DNA from: Blastocatellia bacterium
Lineage (GTDB): Bacteria; Acidobacteriota; Blastocatellia; UBA7656; JADIYM01
Length of the DNA: 64,000 nucleotides
NCBI GenBank assembly: GCA_044224215.1
Contig: JBGAKX010000003.1
Coordinates: 329-64,328 of the forward strand
Direction of reading: 5' to 3'
This document shows positions 49,168 to 58,788 of the stretch, piece by piece. A program made the translations under genes and the position numbers. The notes below the pieces were generated by a model. That model was not told where the DNA came from. It saw only the letters and a list, made by a program, of their open reading frames with translations, and did not search any database. Numbering within the stretch: position 1 is the first letter of the stretch; each line of letters begins with the position of its first letter.

Positions 49168-50646
49168 TCAGCGCGGACGGCTCCATGCACCCGAAACCGG
49201 CAGAGCTTCGGGCATGTGGAAGTGCAGCGTCACATCAGCCGGACCCTCGGTATTCGAATTCCGCAAAAGCCACGTGCCTGTGTCCGACACATACACCCCA
49301 ATTGTTGCAACACCGTCGCCGTCCCAGTCACCGACAACGGGGCGTGCTCCGGGCGGGCCGAACGCGAATCGATGCTCGCCGGCGTCTTTCTCGAGCGACT
49401 CTCTGAGCATCCAAGTCGCCGTTGCCGGATCGTAGAGTCCGACCGAACTCGAACCGCGTCCGTTCCAGTCGCCGGCAACGGGCACCACGTCAGCGCCGGC
49501 GGGGCCAAAACAGAACGTCGCGTCAGCCGGTCCCACGGCATTCGCGAAGCGCAGGTACCAGGTTGCGGTCGACTGGTCAAAGACGCCAACGCAGTCAGCG
49601 CCTGAACCCATCCAGTCCCCGACGACGGGTTGTCCGCCCGTCGGGCCGAACTCGAACATGAGGTCGGCGTGACCCTCGCGTGCAACGTTCTTCAAAAAGA
49701 AAGTACGATTCGCAGGATCGTACACGCCAATCCCGTCCTGGCCGTCCCCGTCGAAGTCACCCGTGACGGGGACGAGGGATCGGCCACCGGCCCCATAGAA
49801 CACGGTCGCTACCGACGCTCCACCCTCGCCAGGCAACGCGAGTGACCACCTGCCTGCCGACGGCGTGTACAGACCAGGCTGCGTGCGACCCGCGAGTCGT
49901 TGCAGACGCTCGTGCATCGCATCCGTGTGGCGCGACGTGATCTCGGGCCCAGGGTCTGACGACACGATTGCGTCCCACTCCGTCGCATCCATCAGCGGAT
50001 TCAGCCGAACAAAGATGTCAAACTGCGTGTAGATCTCGCGGTCAAACACGACGAGCGGTTTTGGCCCGTCCAGGTGTTCGTCGTACTCGACGATATCGCG
50101 CGGGGCATCGAGACCAACCACCTGGGCATGCGACGAATCCGCTATCCTGTGCTGCGGCAGGATGAGATAGTCGGCCCAGCCGAGCCGTGCAAACGCACGC
50201 CGGAAATCCGCGATCGTCATCCGGTTCGGGTGGCCCGTCCAGTCCGTCCAGCAGAGCTTCAAGCCAAGAGAGGCAAGGTACTCGGTCTCTTCAAAGCTCG
50301 GATGGCGAATGAACAGAAAGTCACGGGCGACGGGCCCCAATCGCTCGATCACGCCAGTTGCCGTGGCTTCGTCCGGAAGGTGCTCGAGAAAGTCCATCAT
50401 CGAGACGAATCGGACAGATCGAGCAGGAGCCTCGACGCACGTCACGTCGGCCTGATGCACATCGAAGCCGGCACGGCGCCCCTCAGCGACGAGTCCCGAG
50501 TCGAACTCGAGACCGAGGCCAGGCGACATTCCGAACCGGCGAACGCAATGGTCAATCGATCCGCCCGAACCGCTGCCCAGGTCGAGAAACGCGTACCTGC
50601 CGGATGCGAGCGCGTCGAAAACCGATTCGTTGATGCCTTTGGTCAT
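49168..50646 (-). CDS. Class I SAM methyltransferase fused to FG-GAP/VCBS-like GDWxGxG repeats
   Basis: FLDLGSGSG, ADV, DFLEHL; C-terminal repeats PVTGDFDGDG, PVVGDWMG, PVAGDWNG, PVVGDWDGDG. Confidence 0.8.
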   Translation of the reverse strand: MTKGINESVFDALASGRYAFLDLGSGSGGSIDHCVRRFGMSPGLGLEFDSGLVAEGRRAGFDVHQADVTCVEAPARSVRFVSMMDFLEHLPDEATATGVIERLGPVARDFLFIRHPSFEETEYLASLGLKLCWTDWTGHPNRMTIADFRRAFARLGWADYLILPQHRIADSSHAQVVGLDAPRDIVEYDEHLDGPKPLVVFDREIYTQFDIFVRLNPLMDATEWDAIVSSDPGPEITSRHTDAMHERLQRLAGRTQPGLYTPSAGRWSLALPGEGGASVATVFYGAGGRSLVPVTGDFDGDGQDGIGVYDPANRTFFLKNVAREGHADLMFEFGPTGGQPVVGDWMGSGADCVGVFDQSTATWYLRFANAVGPADATFCFGPAGADVVPVAGDWNGRGSSSVGLYDPATATWMLRESLEKDAGEHRFAFGPPGARPVVGDWDGDGVATIGVYVSDTGTWLLRNSNTEGPADVTLHFHMPEALPVSGAWSRPR

Positions 50647-50876
50647 TCTCGGAGTCCGCTCGAGACGTGAATTGTTATCACAGGACGCTCGCGCCGCGAC
50701 AGGCACGACACAGCGCCACCCGCGCGGGCGAGTCGCGTTCTGGACGCCTGCGACGGCGCTGGGATATAGTCCGGCTTTGCGCCCCCCACGCACTCGGAAT
50801 GCTGCGCAATTCATGTATCTGCGCAGAGCTCGGTGCTCTCCTCGGTTGGGACGTGGCACGAGCCCGGAGGATCGAT

Positions 50877-51866
50877 CTGAATCAGCAGACAAAGCAGGGG
50901 GTCGAAGGCGATGCGCCCAAGCTCTCAGTTGTCATTCCGGTCTACAACGGCGAACGGACGATCGAGATGTGTCTCGATGCACTCGTCTCGCAGCAGACGA
51001 GCTTCCGGTTCGAGATCGTCGTTGCGGACAGCTCTGACGACCGGACGCAGGCGATCATCACCGAGAAGTTCCCGACGGTCCGCCTCATCAAGCTTGGTGA
51101 ACGGACGTACCCCGGCACCGCGCGGAACGTAGGGATCCGCGCAACAAGCACTCCCTTCGTGGCGCTCATCGATGCCGATTGCCTCGCGGCGCCCGGTCTG
51201 CTTGAACGCATGGTTGCGCTGCACGAAACCGGCTCGTACGCGGCCGTCGGCGGCGCGCTGTGCAATGGGACTCCACGCAGCCCGAGCGGTCTGATCGGCT
51301 ACCTGCTCGAGTTTCGCGAGTTCATTCCGTCATCGCCACGGCGCGAGGTGTTCACCATTCCGACCGCGAACATCTGCTACCGGCGAGGCGTGTTCGACAA
51401 GTACGGCTACTTTGACGACGTGCGTGCGAGCGAGGACCTCCTCTACAACTGGCGACTCTCGATCGCCGAAGAGACGATCCTGTTCGATCCTGCGCTGCGC
51501 GTGACGCACCTGAACAAGACCGGTTGGTCGACGGTCATCTCGTACCAGCGCGTGCTCGGCGAAAGCTCGGCGCTCGCGCGCCATCGAATGAACCCGCCGT
51601 TCGAGGTGATCCGCGCCTTTCCGGCGCTCGGCTGGCTCATGCCGTACCTGATCCGGTACCCGTGGCTCGGCGTGTTCGTTCCGCCGGTGCGGCTTGCGCG
51701 GGCGCTGCTCTGGCTCGCAATGTACGACTGGTATCTCCTGGCGGTGCTCGTGCTGCTGGCTCCGTTCTATCTCGCCGGCGCGTACGCGTGGGCAGCCGCG
51801 TTCGTGCGCGCGCTGCGCGACATGCGCGGGAGCGACCGCACGAGCGTGCTCACCGTCGATTCCTGA
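50877..51866 (+). CDS. Family 2 glycosyltransferase with C-terminal membrane helices
   Basis: SVVIPVYN, DSSDD, ARN.G, IDADC, SED. Start uncertain: GGAGG-6 nt-CTG at 50877, or ATG further upstream. Confidence 0.85.
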   Translation: MNQQTKQGVEGDAPKLSVVIPVYNGERTIEMCLDALVSQQTSFRFEIVVADSSDDRTQAIITEKFPTVRLIKLGERTYPGTARNVGIRATSTPFVALIDADCLAAPGLLERMVALHETGSYAAVGGALCNGTPRSPSGLIGYLLEFREFIPSSPRREVFTIPTANICYRRGVFDKYGYFDDVRASEDLLYNWRLSIAEETILFDPALRVTHLNKTGWSTVISYQRVLGESSALARHRMNPPFEVIRAFPALGWLMPYLIRYPWLGVFVPPVRLARALLWLAMYDWYLLAVLVLLAPFYLAGAYAWAAAFVRALRDMRGSDRTSVLTVDS

Positions 51867-51950
51867 ATCGGATCCGTTCCCGCAGCACGAAAACCGAACA
51901 CCAATCGCGTCTCGTAGACCCGAGCGAATCCACACTCATTGGAGGTCGCG

Positions 51951-52826
51951 ATGCGATTGGTCTCACTGTTTCTCGCAGGAGTGTGCGCGCTGGCGCTGCT
52001 CATTCAGCCGGCGGCAGCACACGCCGCCACGCCGCAGGCGAAGGGCGCAAGCGCCCGTGACACAAAGGCGATCGAGGAGAACATGACGCTCGACAAGCGC
52101 TTCTTTGCCGCGTTCAACGCGCGCGACGTCGACGCGATAACGGCGACGTACTGGAACAGCCCCGACGTGGTGTCGGTCGACTTTGACGGCACGCTGACAA
52201 AGGGAATCGACGGGGTTCGTGCCGGATGGGCGTCGCTGTTCGGTTCGACGGACTCGATCCACATCGAACAGCTCGAATCGAACTACTCGATGCTCGGCGA
52301 TGCGGTCTTTGGATACGGAAAGGCGTCGATGACGCTCAACTTCAAGGGTGGAACGTCACAGACGGTTGTTCTGCGCTATGCGGACGTGCGCCGCAAGGTC
52401 AGCAATCAGTGGTTCTACACGTTCGATTCGGTCGTGAAGATCGCCAGCGAGTCGAATGCCAACGAGAGCCTCTACAAGCGGCTCGGCGGCTACGACGCGT
52501 GCGCTGCCGTTTGCGACGAGTTCCTGAAGCGGCTCGCGGCGAACCCCAAGCTGAACCACTTCCTCGGCGGTCTGAGCGCGAGCAGTCTGCAGCGTTTGCG
52601 CCAGCTGCTCGTCGACCAGGTCTGCTACGCCACGGGCGGTCCGTGTCTCTACGTCGGCCGCGACATGAAGACGGCGCACAAGGGGCTCGGCATCACCAGC
52701 GCCGACTGGGACGCAGCGGCGGCTGACCTTGCAGCGTCGCTCGACGCGCTGAACGTGCCCGCGCGCGAGAAGGGCGAATTCCTCGCGTTCGTCGTGACGC
52801 TCAAGCCCGACATCGTCGAGAAGTAA
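51951..52826 (+). CDS. Secreted SnoaL/NTF2-like domain + group I truncated hemoglobin fusion
   Basis: Signal peptide ending AHA; FFAAFNARDVDAI; globin SLYKRLGG, TGGP..Y.GRDM..AH, DIV. Confidence 0.85.
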   Translation: MRLVSLFLAGVCALALLIQPAAAHAATPQAKGASARDTKAIEENMTLDKRFFAAFNARDVDAITATYWNSPDVVSVDFDGTLTKGIDGVRAGWASLFGSTDSIHIEQLESNYSMLGDAVFGYGKASMTLNFKGGTSQTVVLRYADVRRKVSNQWFYTFDSVVKIASESNANESLYKRLGGYDACAAVCDEFLKRLAANPKLNHFLGGLSASSLQRLRQLLVDQVCYATGGPCLYVGRDMKTAHKGLGITSADWDAAAADLAASLDALNVPAREKGEFLAFVVTLKPDIVEK

Positions 52827-52881
52827 ACCGCAGATATCCGCAGATCATTTCCGATCTGCGGATATCCGCGTCTATCTGCGG

Positions 52882-55728
52882 CTAAATGATCGCGAAGTCG
52901 AACTGCTCCTGATGGAGCTCGTGATCGACCTTCAGGCGAATCGGGTTCGAGAAGTGCGCCTCGATCTCCTCGAGCAGCGACGACTCGGTCGTCCGAAGCG
53001 CCTGCGCGACGTCCGGGCTCACGCGCAGCGTGATGTCGTCCGCCTCGTGACCGACGTGCTTCGACAACCGGCGCGCCTCGCTCAGGATCTCGAACGCCAC
53101 CGTCTGCGTCGACTTCACAAGACCCGCGCCCTGGCAGTACGGGCACGGACTGCACAGCGTCCGCTCGAGACTCTGCTTGACACGCTTTCGCGTGATGATG
53201 ATCAGGCCAAAGTCGTTGAACCCGAGCACCTTTGACGGCGACCGGTCAGCACGGAGCTCCTGCTCGAGCGCCGCCGCCACCTTCATCCGGTTGCGGCGCT
53301 CCTCCATGTCGATGAAGTCGATCACGATGATGCCGCCAAGGTCGCGCAATCGGACCTGGCGGACGATCTCCTTGACCGCCTCCATGTTCGTTCGCGTGAT
53401 CGTGTCCTCGAGCCGGTCCGACTTGCCGACGAACTTGCCGGTGTTGACGTCGATCGACACGAGCGCTTCGGTCTGGTTGATGACGATGTAGCCGCCCGAC
53501 TTGAGCCACACGCGCGGCTTGAGCGCCTTGTCGATCTCGGCCTGCACCCCGTGCGTCTCGAAGATCGACTCGTCGCGGGTGTGCAGCTTGACGCGGCGAA
53601 CGAGCTTTGGCTGCACGCGATGGACGAAATCGACAACGCGCGCGTATTCGATCTCGTTGTCGATGCGTATCGCCGAGAAATCGTCCGAGATCTGGTCTCT
53701 CAGAATGCGCTGCACGAGATCGAGATCACGGTGAAGCCCCGCAGGCGCCTTCTTGCGGTCGGACTGGATCTTGATGTCCGCCCACGTGCGCTGCAGATAG
53801 CGCATATCGTCAAGAAGGTCCTCGTCGCTCTGACCGACCGCCGCGGTGCGGGCGATGAATCCGCCCGGCCCTGGCTCGCGCTCGCGCAATGCCGAGACGA
53901 CCCGCTTCAACCGGACGCGCTCGCTCTCGGAGCTGACCTTTCGCGACACGCCGATGCGATTCACCGTCGGCATGTACACGAGGAACCGCCCGGGCAGAAC
54001 GACGTGCGACGTGATGCGCGCGCCCTGATCGGCTCCTTGGCGATCTGGACGATGATCTCTCTGGCCTTCGTGGAGAAGGTCGCTGATCAGGAAGCTCGGC
54101 GCCGCGACGACCGGAACGGCCGCCGGTCGCCGGTGCGGCTGCGACGGCGTCACCACTGCCGGGGCGGCTGAACCGCCACGGCCCGGCCTGCGATCGCGAT
54201 CGCGTTGCTGCCGCGGTTCGCGGCGCTCGCGCTGCTGCCGCGGTTCGCTACGCTCACGCTGTTCGCGCGGTTCGCGCGGCTGGCGCGGCTCGGATTCCTC
54301 GCGAGCTTCACGAGGCTCGCGAGGACCACGCGACTCACGCGGCTCCCTTGGTTCCCGCTGTTGCCGCGGTTCGGCGGCTTCAACGGCCTCCACGGACTCG
54401 CGCGGCTCGGCCGCGACCTCGACGTCCGCGCTCTCACCCTCGGCAGACTCGGTCCGCTCGCCGCCGTCACCATTCTCACCAGCGCCGCCGCCGCCGTCGG
54501 CAGGCCGCCGGCGCCTGTTCCGGCCGCCTCGGCGCGTTGCCATCTCTGACCGCACGGGCGTCTCGGCAACCTCCGCATCTCGATCGTCGTCGAGATTCAC
54601 GTCGGGCTCGTCGACCGCCGAACCGTCGTCATCGGTCGAGAACGCATCGCGGACCGCCTCAATCGGTGTCCCAACCGCCGCTTTGCGTGCACGGGACTTC
54701 CGGGCCTTCGGTTCGGAGCCCTCGTCGTCGTCCCTTGTCTTGCGTGCGCGGCCGCGTTTCGGCGCCGCGTCGTCGACGGCCTCGTCGTCCGACTTGGCCT
54801 TGCGCGCGCGGGACTTGGGCGCAGCAGCAGCGGGAGCCTTCCGGGCTCGGCTCTTTCGGGCCCCAGCCTCGGTCGACGGCTCCTCGTCACGGACCGGAAT
54901 CAGCTCGACCTCTTCGTGCGCGGTCTGCGGCGCCGGCTCGTCGTACCACGTCGACGACGTGACCGCGACGACCTCTTCGACGAGCGGCTTGACGTTGCGC
55001 GCGCGAGGCGGCGCGTCGTCGTCCGACACGCGCTCGAGGTTCGAATCCGGAAGCGGGTACGCCGAGGCGCGAGCCTTGCGGCTGTTGTCGTCGAACGCGA
55101 CTTCCTCGATGTGGTCGTATGCGCTCTCGACGCGCAGATGCGAGGCGTCGTCGTCGCCGAACGAGTCGAGGACCGTCGGCTTCTCAGCCGGCACGTCGTA
55201 CTCGTCCATCCCTGGCGCCTGCTCGTCCGAACGACGGCGGCGGCGGCGGCGACGGCGGCGGCGGCCTCCGGCCTCCTCGCCCTCGGCGGTCTCTTCTTCG
55301 TCCTCGTCGGTCACGGACACAAGCGCTTCGACAGGCTCGACCGGTCTCGCGGCCACGATGGGCGGCGCCGCCGCGATGGCGGGAACCTCGCGAACATCCG
55401 CATCGCGATCGCCGGCGGGACGCCGGTCGCGGCGGTCGCCTCGGGGCGCTGCCAGTTCGGCAGCGTCGTCCTTGATCTCGATCGCCTCTTCGTCGTCGAG
55501 ATCCAGAAAGTCCGAGACGTAGAGAAACGCGTCGCGTTCGAGGCCGATGTCGACGAACGCGCTCTGCATTCCGGGCAGGACCTTCATCACCCGGCCCTTG
55601 TAAATGTTCCCGACGACGCCGGTGTTTTCGTTGACGCGTTCTACGTAGAACTCCGTGACGACACCGTCTTCAATGATCGCAACTTTCTTCTCGTGCGCAT
55701 TCGCACTGATAATCAACTCTTTGGGCAT
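52882..55728 (-). CDS. rne: Ribonuclease E/G family with a large disordered insertion in the S1 domain
   Basis: GNIYKGRV..VLPGMQSAFVDIG, GARITS, I.RTAA, IDVNTG, GGIIVIDFIDM, CPYCQG.G. Confidence 0.9.
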   Translation of the reverse strand: MPKELIISANAHEKKVAIIEDGVVTEFYVERVNENTGVVGNIYKGRVMKVLPGMQSAFVDIGLERDAFLYVSDFLDLDDEEAIEIKDDAAELAAPRGDRRDRRPAGDRDADVREVPAIAAAPPIVAARPVEPVEALVSVTDEDEEETAEGEEAGGRRRRRRRRRRRSDEQAPGMDEYDVPAEKPTVLDSFGDDDASHLRVESAYDHIEEVAFDDNSRKARASAYPLPDSNLERVSDDDAPPRARNVKPLVEEVVAVTSSTWYDEPAPQTAHEEVELIPVRDEEPSTEAGARKSRARKAPAAAAPKSRARKAKSDDEAVDDAAPKRGRARKTRDDDEGSEPKARKSRARKAAVGTPIEAVRDAFSTDDDGSAVDEPDVNLDDDRDAEVAETPVRSEMATRRGGRNRRRRPADGGGGAGENGDGGERTESAEGESADVEVAAEPRESVEAVEAAEPRQQREPREPRESRGPREPREAREESEPRQPREPREQRERSEPRQQRERREPRQQRDRDRRPGRGGSAAPAVVTPSQPHRRPAAVPVVAAPSFLISDLLHEGQRDHRPDRQGADQGARITSHVVLPGRFLVYMPTVNRIGVSRKVSSESERVRLKRVVSALREREPGPGGFIARTAAVGQSDEDLLDDMRYLQRTWADIKIQSDRKKAPAGLHRDLDLVQRILRDQISDDFSAIRIDNEIEYARVVDFVHRVQPKLVRRVKLHTRDESIFETHGVQAEIDKALKPRVWLKSGGYIVINQTEALVSIDVNTGKFVGKSDRLEDTITRTNMEAVKEIVRQVRLRDLGGIIVIDFIDMEERRNRMKVAAALEQELRADRSPSKVLGFNDFGLIIITRKRVKQSLERTLCSPCPYCQGAGLVKSTQTVAFEILSEARRLSKHVGHEADDITLRVSPDVAQALRTTESSLLEEIEAHFSNPIRLKVDHELHQEQFDFAII

Positions 55729-55818
55729 TGTCGCTCCTGTGGAGATTTCTCGACATAGACCCCGGCCCTTTCCCGAAGAGGCGCTGGAAGCGCCCCGTAC
55801 GCATGACTCGCTCGCACA

Positions 55819-58680
55819 TCACGCGAACACGGCTCCGGCCCGCTCGAGCGGGCTCATTTCGACGCCGTCCTCACAGACGAACAACCTGCAGCGACGGACC
55901 CGGCTCGAGAGCGCCTGTCGTTCGGAGCCGTCCAGCCGGTAGATCGATCCAACGACCTCCTCCGGCCGGGCGCTGCCCGAATTCGAGAGCTCGAGAACGA
56001 GTCTGAGTTCGCTCGTGCCGTTCGTCCCGGCGAATGCGTGCGACTTTGCGTAGTGACGGATATCGATCTCTTTCGTGCGACCCTTGCGCGTGCGCTCGAT
56101 GACGAGCGATTCGCGCGAGAAGAACTCCTCGGCAAGCAACCGGTGCACCGTGTCGGGGTCGAGGCCCTCCAGATCGTCGCGCACCGCGGTGAGCCTCGCG
56201 ACGGCCGACCTGAGGGCAGGCTCGTCGAGGCGCACGGCGTACTCCGCGCGATTGATGATCTTGGTGAGGGCCGGCGTGCCCGGCGGCAGTTGGCGCATGG
56301 CCGTGAAGCGCAGACCGTCCGGCATGACGGCGTTGATCCGTTCGACGAACGAATCGGGGTCGAGCTGGGCGGGTGAGTCGAAATCGAGCCACTCCGCCTC
56401 GCCGATCGCACCGACGCCGAGCGCCGGCCCGTAGGCGAGCAACGGCATCGGATGATAGCCGCCGCTGTACCCGAGCGGGACCCGAGCGCGCCGGAAGGCG
56501 CGCGGAAGGGTTCGCGCGAGATCGAGATGGGAAAGGTACTTGACGGGATCCAGCTTGGCGTACTCGGCACGGTAGTGACTGAGCGCCGTGGCGCCCGTGA
56601 CCGTGACCGCAGCCTGTTCGGATCCGTCTGGGGTCAGAGAGTAGGGAGACGTGGATGGATCGACGGCGAGCGCTCTGAGCGCTTCGTCGGCCTCCACGTG
56701 CATGTGTCGCGCCCGCTCCAACTGTTCGCGGGCGACGGTGAGGTTGCAGTCGAGGCCGCACACATAACAGAGCAGCGGCTTGGACTTCACGCGGTCAAAT
56801 TCGTCGTCGTTCGGCGCGATTGCCGTCGGCCGGTTGTCGACGATCTTGACGGGCAGCATGCACGGGGGCGAAAGACGCCCCTTGACCGCCTTGCGGAGCT
56901 CGATGGCCTGGAACCGCTTCTCGACAAGTGTGTCGAGGTGGTCCCAGGGCAGCGGCACCATGGGCGACGTGCGGTGGTCGTACCCGGTGTAGATCGGGAA
57001 CTCCCTGAGGTAGACCCGGTAGTCGATGCCCTCTGCTTCGAAGGCGTTCAACCACCGGTCAAAACTGAAATGTTCGGTCCATCCGTCGAATCGGGCGCCA
57101 TCACGCCACGCGCGCTCGATCACGCGGCCGAGCTTTCGGTCGCCGCGCGAGAGCACCGCCTCGATGACGGAGGTTTCTGCATGGTGGTGCTTGTACTGCA
57201 GCCGGTACCGCCGGCAGAGCGCGCCGAGCAGCTCCTGGCGGCGCCGAATCTCGGGCAGATCGACCACCTCGGCCCACTGGAACGGCGTGTGCGGCTTTGG
57301 AACCAGCGACGACGCCGACACCGTGACCTTGATCGACTTCTTGAACTCCTGCCGTCCGAGGTCGACGATCTTCTTGCCGAGCTCGGCGATGCCGATGACG
57401 TCTTCGTCGGTCTCCGTCGGAAGGCCGATCATGAAATAGAGCTTGACGCTCGACCACCCGTGGCGAAACGCGGTCCGGCAGCTCTTCAGGACGTCCTCTT
57501 CCGTGACGTTCTTGTTGATGACGTCGCGCATCCGCTGCGTGCCCGCCTCGGGAGCGATCGTCAGCCCGGTCATTCGCGTCTTTGCAATCTCTTCCGACAA
57601 CTCGTCGGTCACGCCCGACGCGCGCAGGCTCGACACCGACCACGAGACGTTCCGCTTCTTGAGCTCGTCGCCGAGCGCCTTCACGAGCGGCGTCAGGCAC
57701 GTGTAATCGGCCGTCGACAGCGACGTCAGAGACGCCTCGTCGTATCCGCCCTGTTCGAGTCCGCCGATGATCGTGTCGACGATCTCCTTTGGATCCCGCT
57801 CGCGCACGGGCCGATATATCGTGCCGGCCTGGCAGAACCTGCAGCCGTCGACGCAACCGCGCGCGATCTCGACGGCGACGCGGTCGTGCACTGGCTCGGT
57901 GAACGGCACGGGCGTGTTGGTGGGAAACGGGAACTTCGAAAGATCCTCGACGATCTGCCGCGCAACAGGGTACGGAACGTCGCGGTCGGACGGCTCGTCG
58001 ACGATCTGGATGCCGAGATACGGCGATTCGGACACGGTGTAGAGCGCCGGCACGTACATCCCCCCGAGCTGGGCAAGCAGCTTCAGGATCTCGGTGCGCG
58101 AGCGTCCGCCTTCCGCCTTGAGCGCCTCGTATGCGCGGATGAGCGCGGGAAACGCTTCTTCGCCGTCGCCGATCAGAATCAGGTCCAGAAAATCTGCAAG
58201 AGGCTCCGAGCTGTACACGGTCGGCCCGCCGGCGATCACGAGCGGGTCGTCAAGCGTCCGGTCGGCCGCGTGGAGCGGAATCCCGCCCAACTCCAGCATG
58301 GTCAGCATGTTGGAGTAGTTCATCTCGTACTGCAGCGAGAACCCGACGATGTCAAAATCCGAGAGTGGCGTGAACGACTCGAGCGCGGCGAGCGGCAGCC
58401 CGGACTGTCGCAGTTCCGATTCCATGTCGGGCCACGGGCAGTAGCAGCGTTCGGCCGACCAGTGGTCGGGCCGGTTGAGCAACTCGTAGAGGAGCTTCAG
58501 CCCGAGATGTGACATCCCGATCTCGTAGACATCGGGGAAACACAGCGCGATACGCGTTCGGACGAGTGCAGGGTCCTTGACCGCAGTGTTCCATTCGCCG
58601 CCGACATACCTGACCGGCTTCTCGACACGCGGCAATATGGCGTCGAGAGCGAGACGGTAGTCCGAGTTGGTCAATCTCAT
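55819..58680 (-). CDS. TIGR03960-type radical SAM protein fused to a DUF2344 (TIGR03936) domain
   Basis: YEIGMSHLG, RGCVDGCRFCQAG (CxxxCxxC), APEAG, PKPHTPFQW; YLSHLD...RA.RRA. Confidence 0.9.
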   Translation of the reverse strand: MRLTNSDYRLALDAILPRVEKPVRYVGGEWNTAVKDPALVRTRIALCFPDVYEIGMSHLGLKLLYELLNRPDHWSAERCYCPWPDMESELRQSGLPLAALESFTPLSDFDIVGFSLQYEMNYSNMLTMLELGGIPLHAADRTLDDPLVIAGGPTVYSSEPLADFLDLILIGDGEEAFPALIRAYEALKAEGGRSRTEILKLLAQLGGMYVPALYTVSESPYLGIQIVDEPSDRDVPYPVARQIVEDLSKFPFPTNTPVPFTEPVHDRVAVEIARGCVDGCRFCQAGTIYRPVRERDPKEIVDTIIGGLEQGGYDEASLTSLSTADYTCLTPLVKALGDELKKRNVSWSVSSLRASGVTDELSEEIAKTRMTGLTIAPEAGTQRMRDVINKNVTEEDVLKSCRTAFRHGWSSVKLYFMIGLPTETDEDVIGIAELGKKIVDLGRQEFKKSIKVTVSASSLVPKPHTPFQWAEVVDLPEIRRRQELLGALCRRYRLQYKHHHAETSVIEAVLSRGDRKLGRVIERAWRDGARFDGWTEHFSFDRWLNAFEAEGIDYRVYLREFPIYTGYDHRTSPMVPLPWDHLDTLVEKRFQAIELRKAVKGRLSPPCMLPVKIVDNRPTAIAPNDDEFDRVKSKPLLCYVCGLDCNLTVAREQLERARHMHVEADEALRALAVDPSTSPYSLTPDGSEQAAVTVTGATALSHYRAEYAKLDPVKYLSHLDLARTLPRAFRRARVPLGYSGGYHPMPLLAYGPALGVGAIGEAEWLDFDSPAQLDPDSFVERINAVMPDGLRFTAMRQLPPGTPALTKIINRAEYAVRLDEPALRSAVARLTAVRDDLEGLDPDTVHRLLAEEFFSRESLVIERTRKGRTKEIDIRHYAKSHAFAGTNGTSELRLVLELSNSGSARPEEVVGSIYRLDGSERQALSSRVRRCRLFVCEDGVEMSPLERAGAVFA

Positions 58681-58788
58681 CAGGAAACTTCTGCACTTGG
58701 GGATCGAGATTCCTGGTAGCGGAGCAGGGAGAGCATCACAGCGTGCTCAACATCCCCACTTCCCGCATTCCCGGGCTCAAACCGCCAA

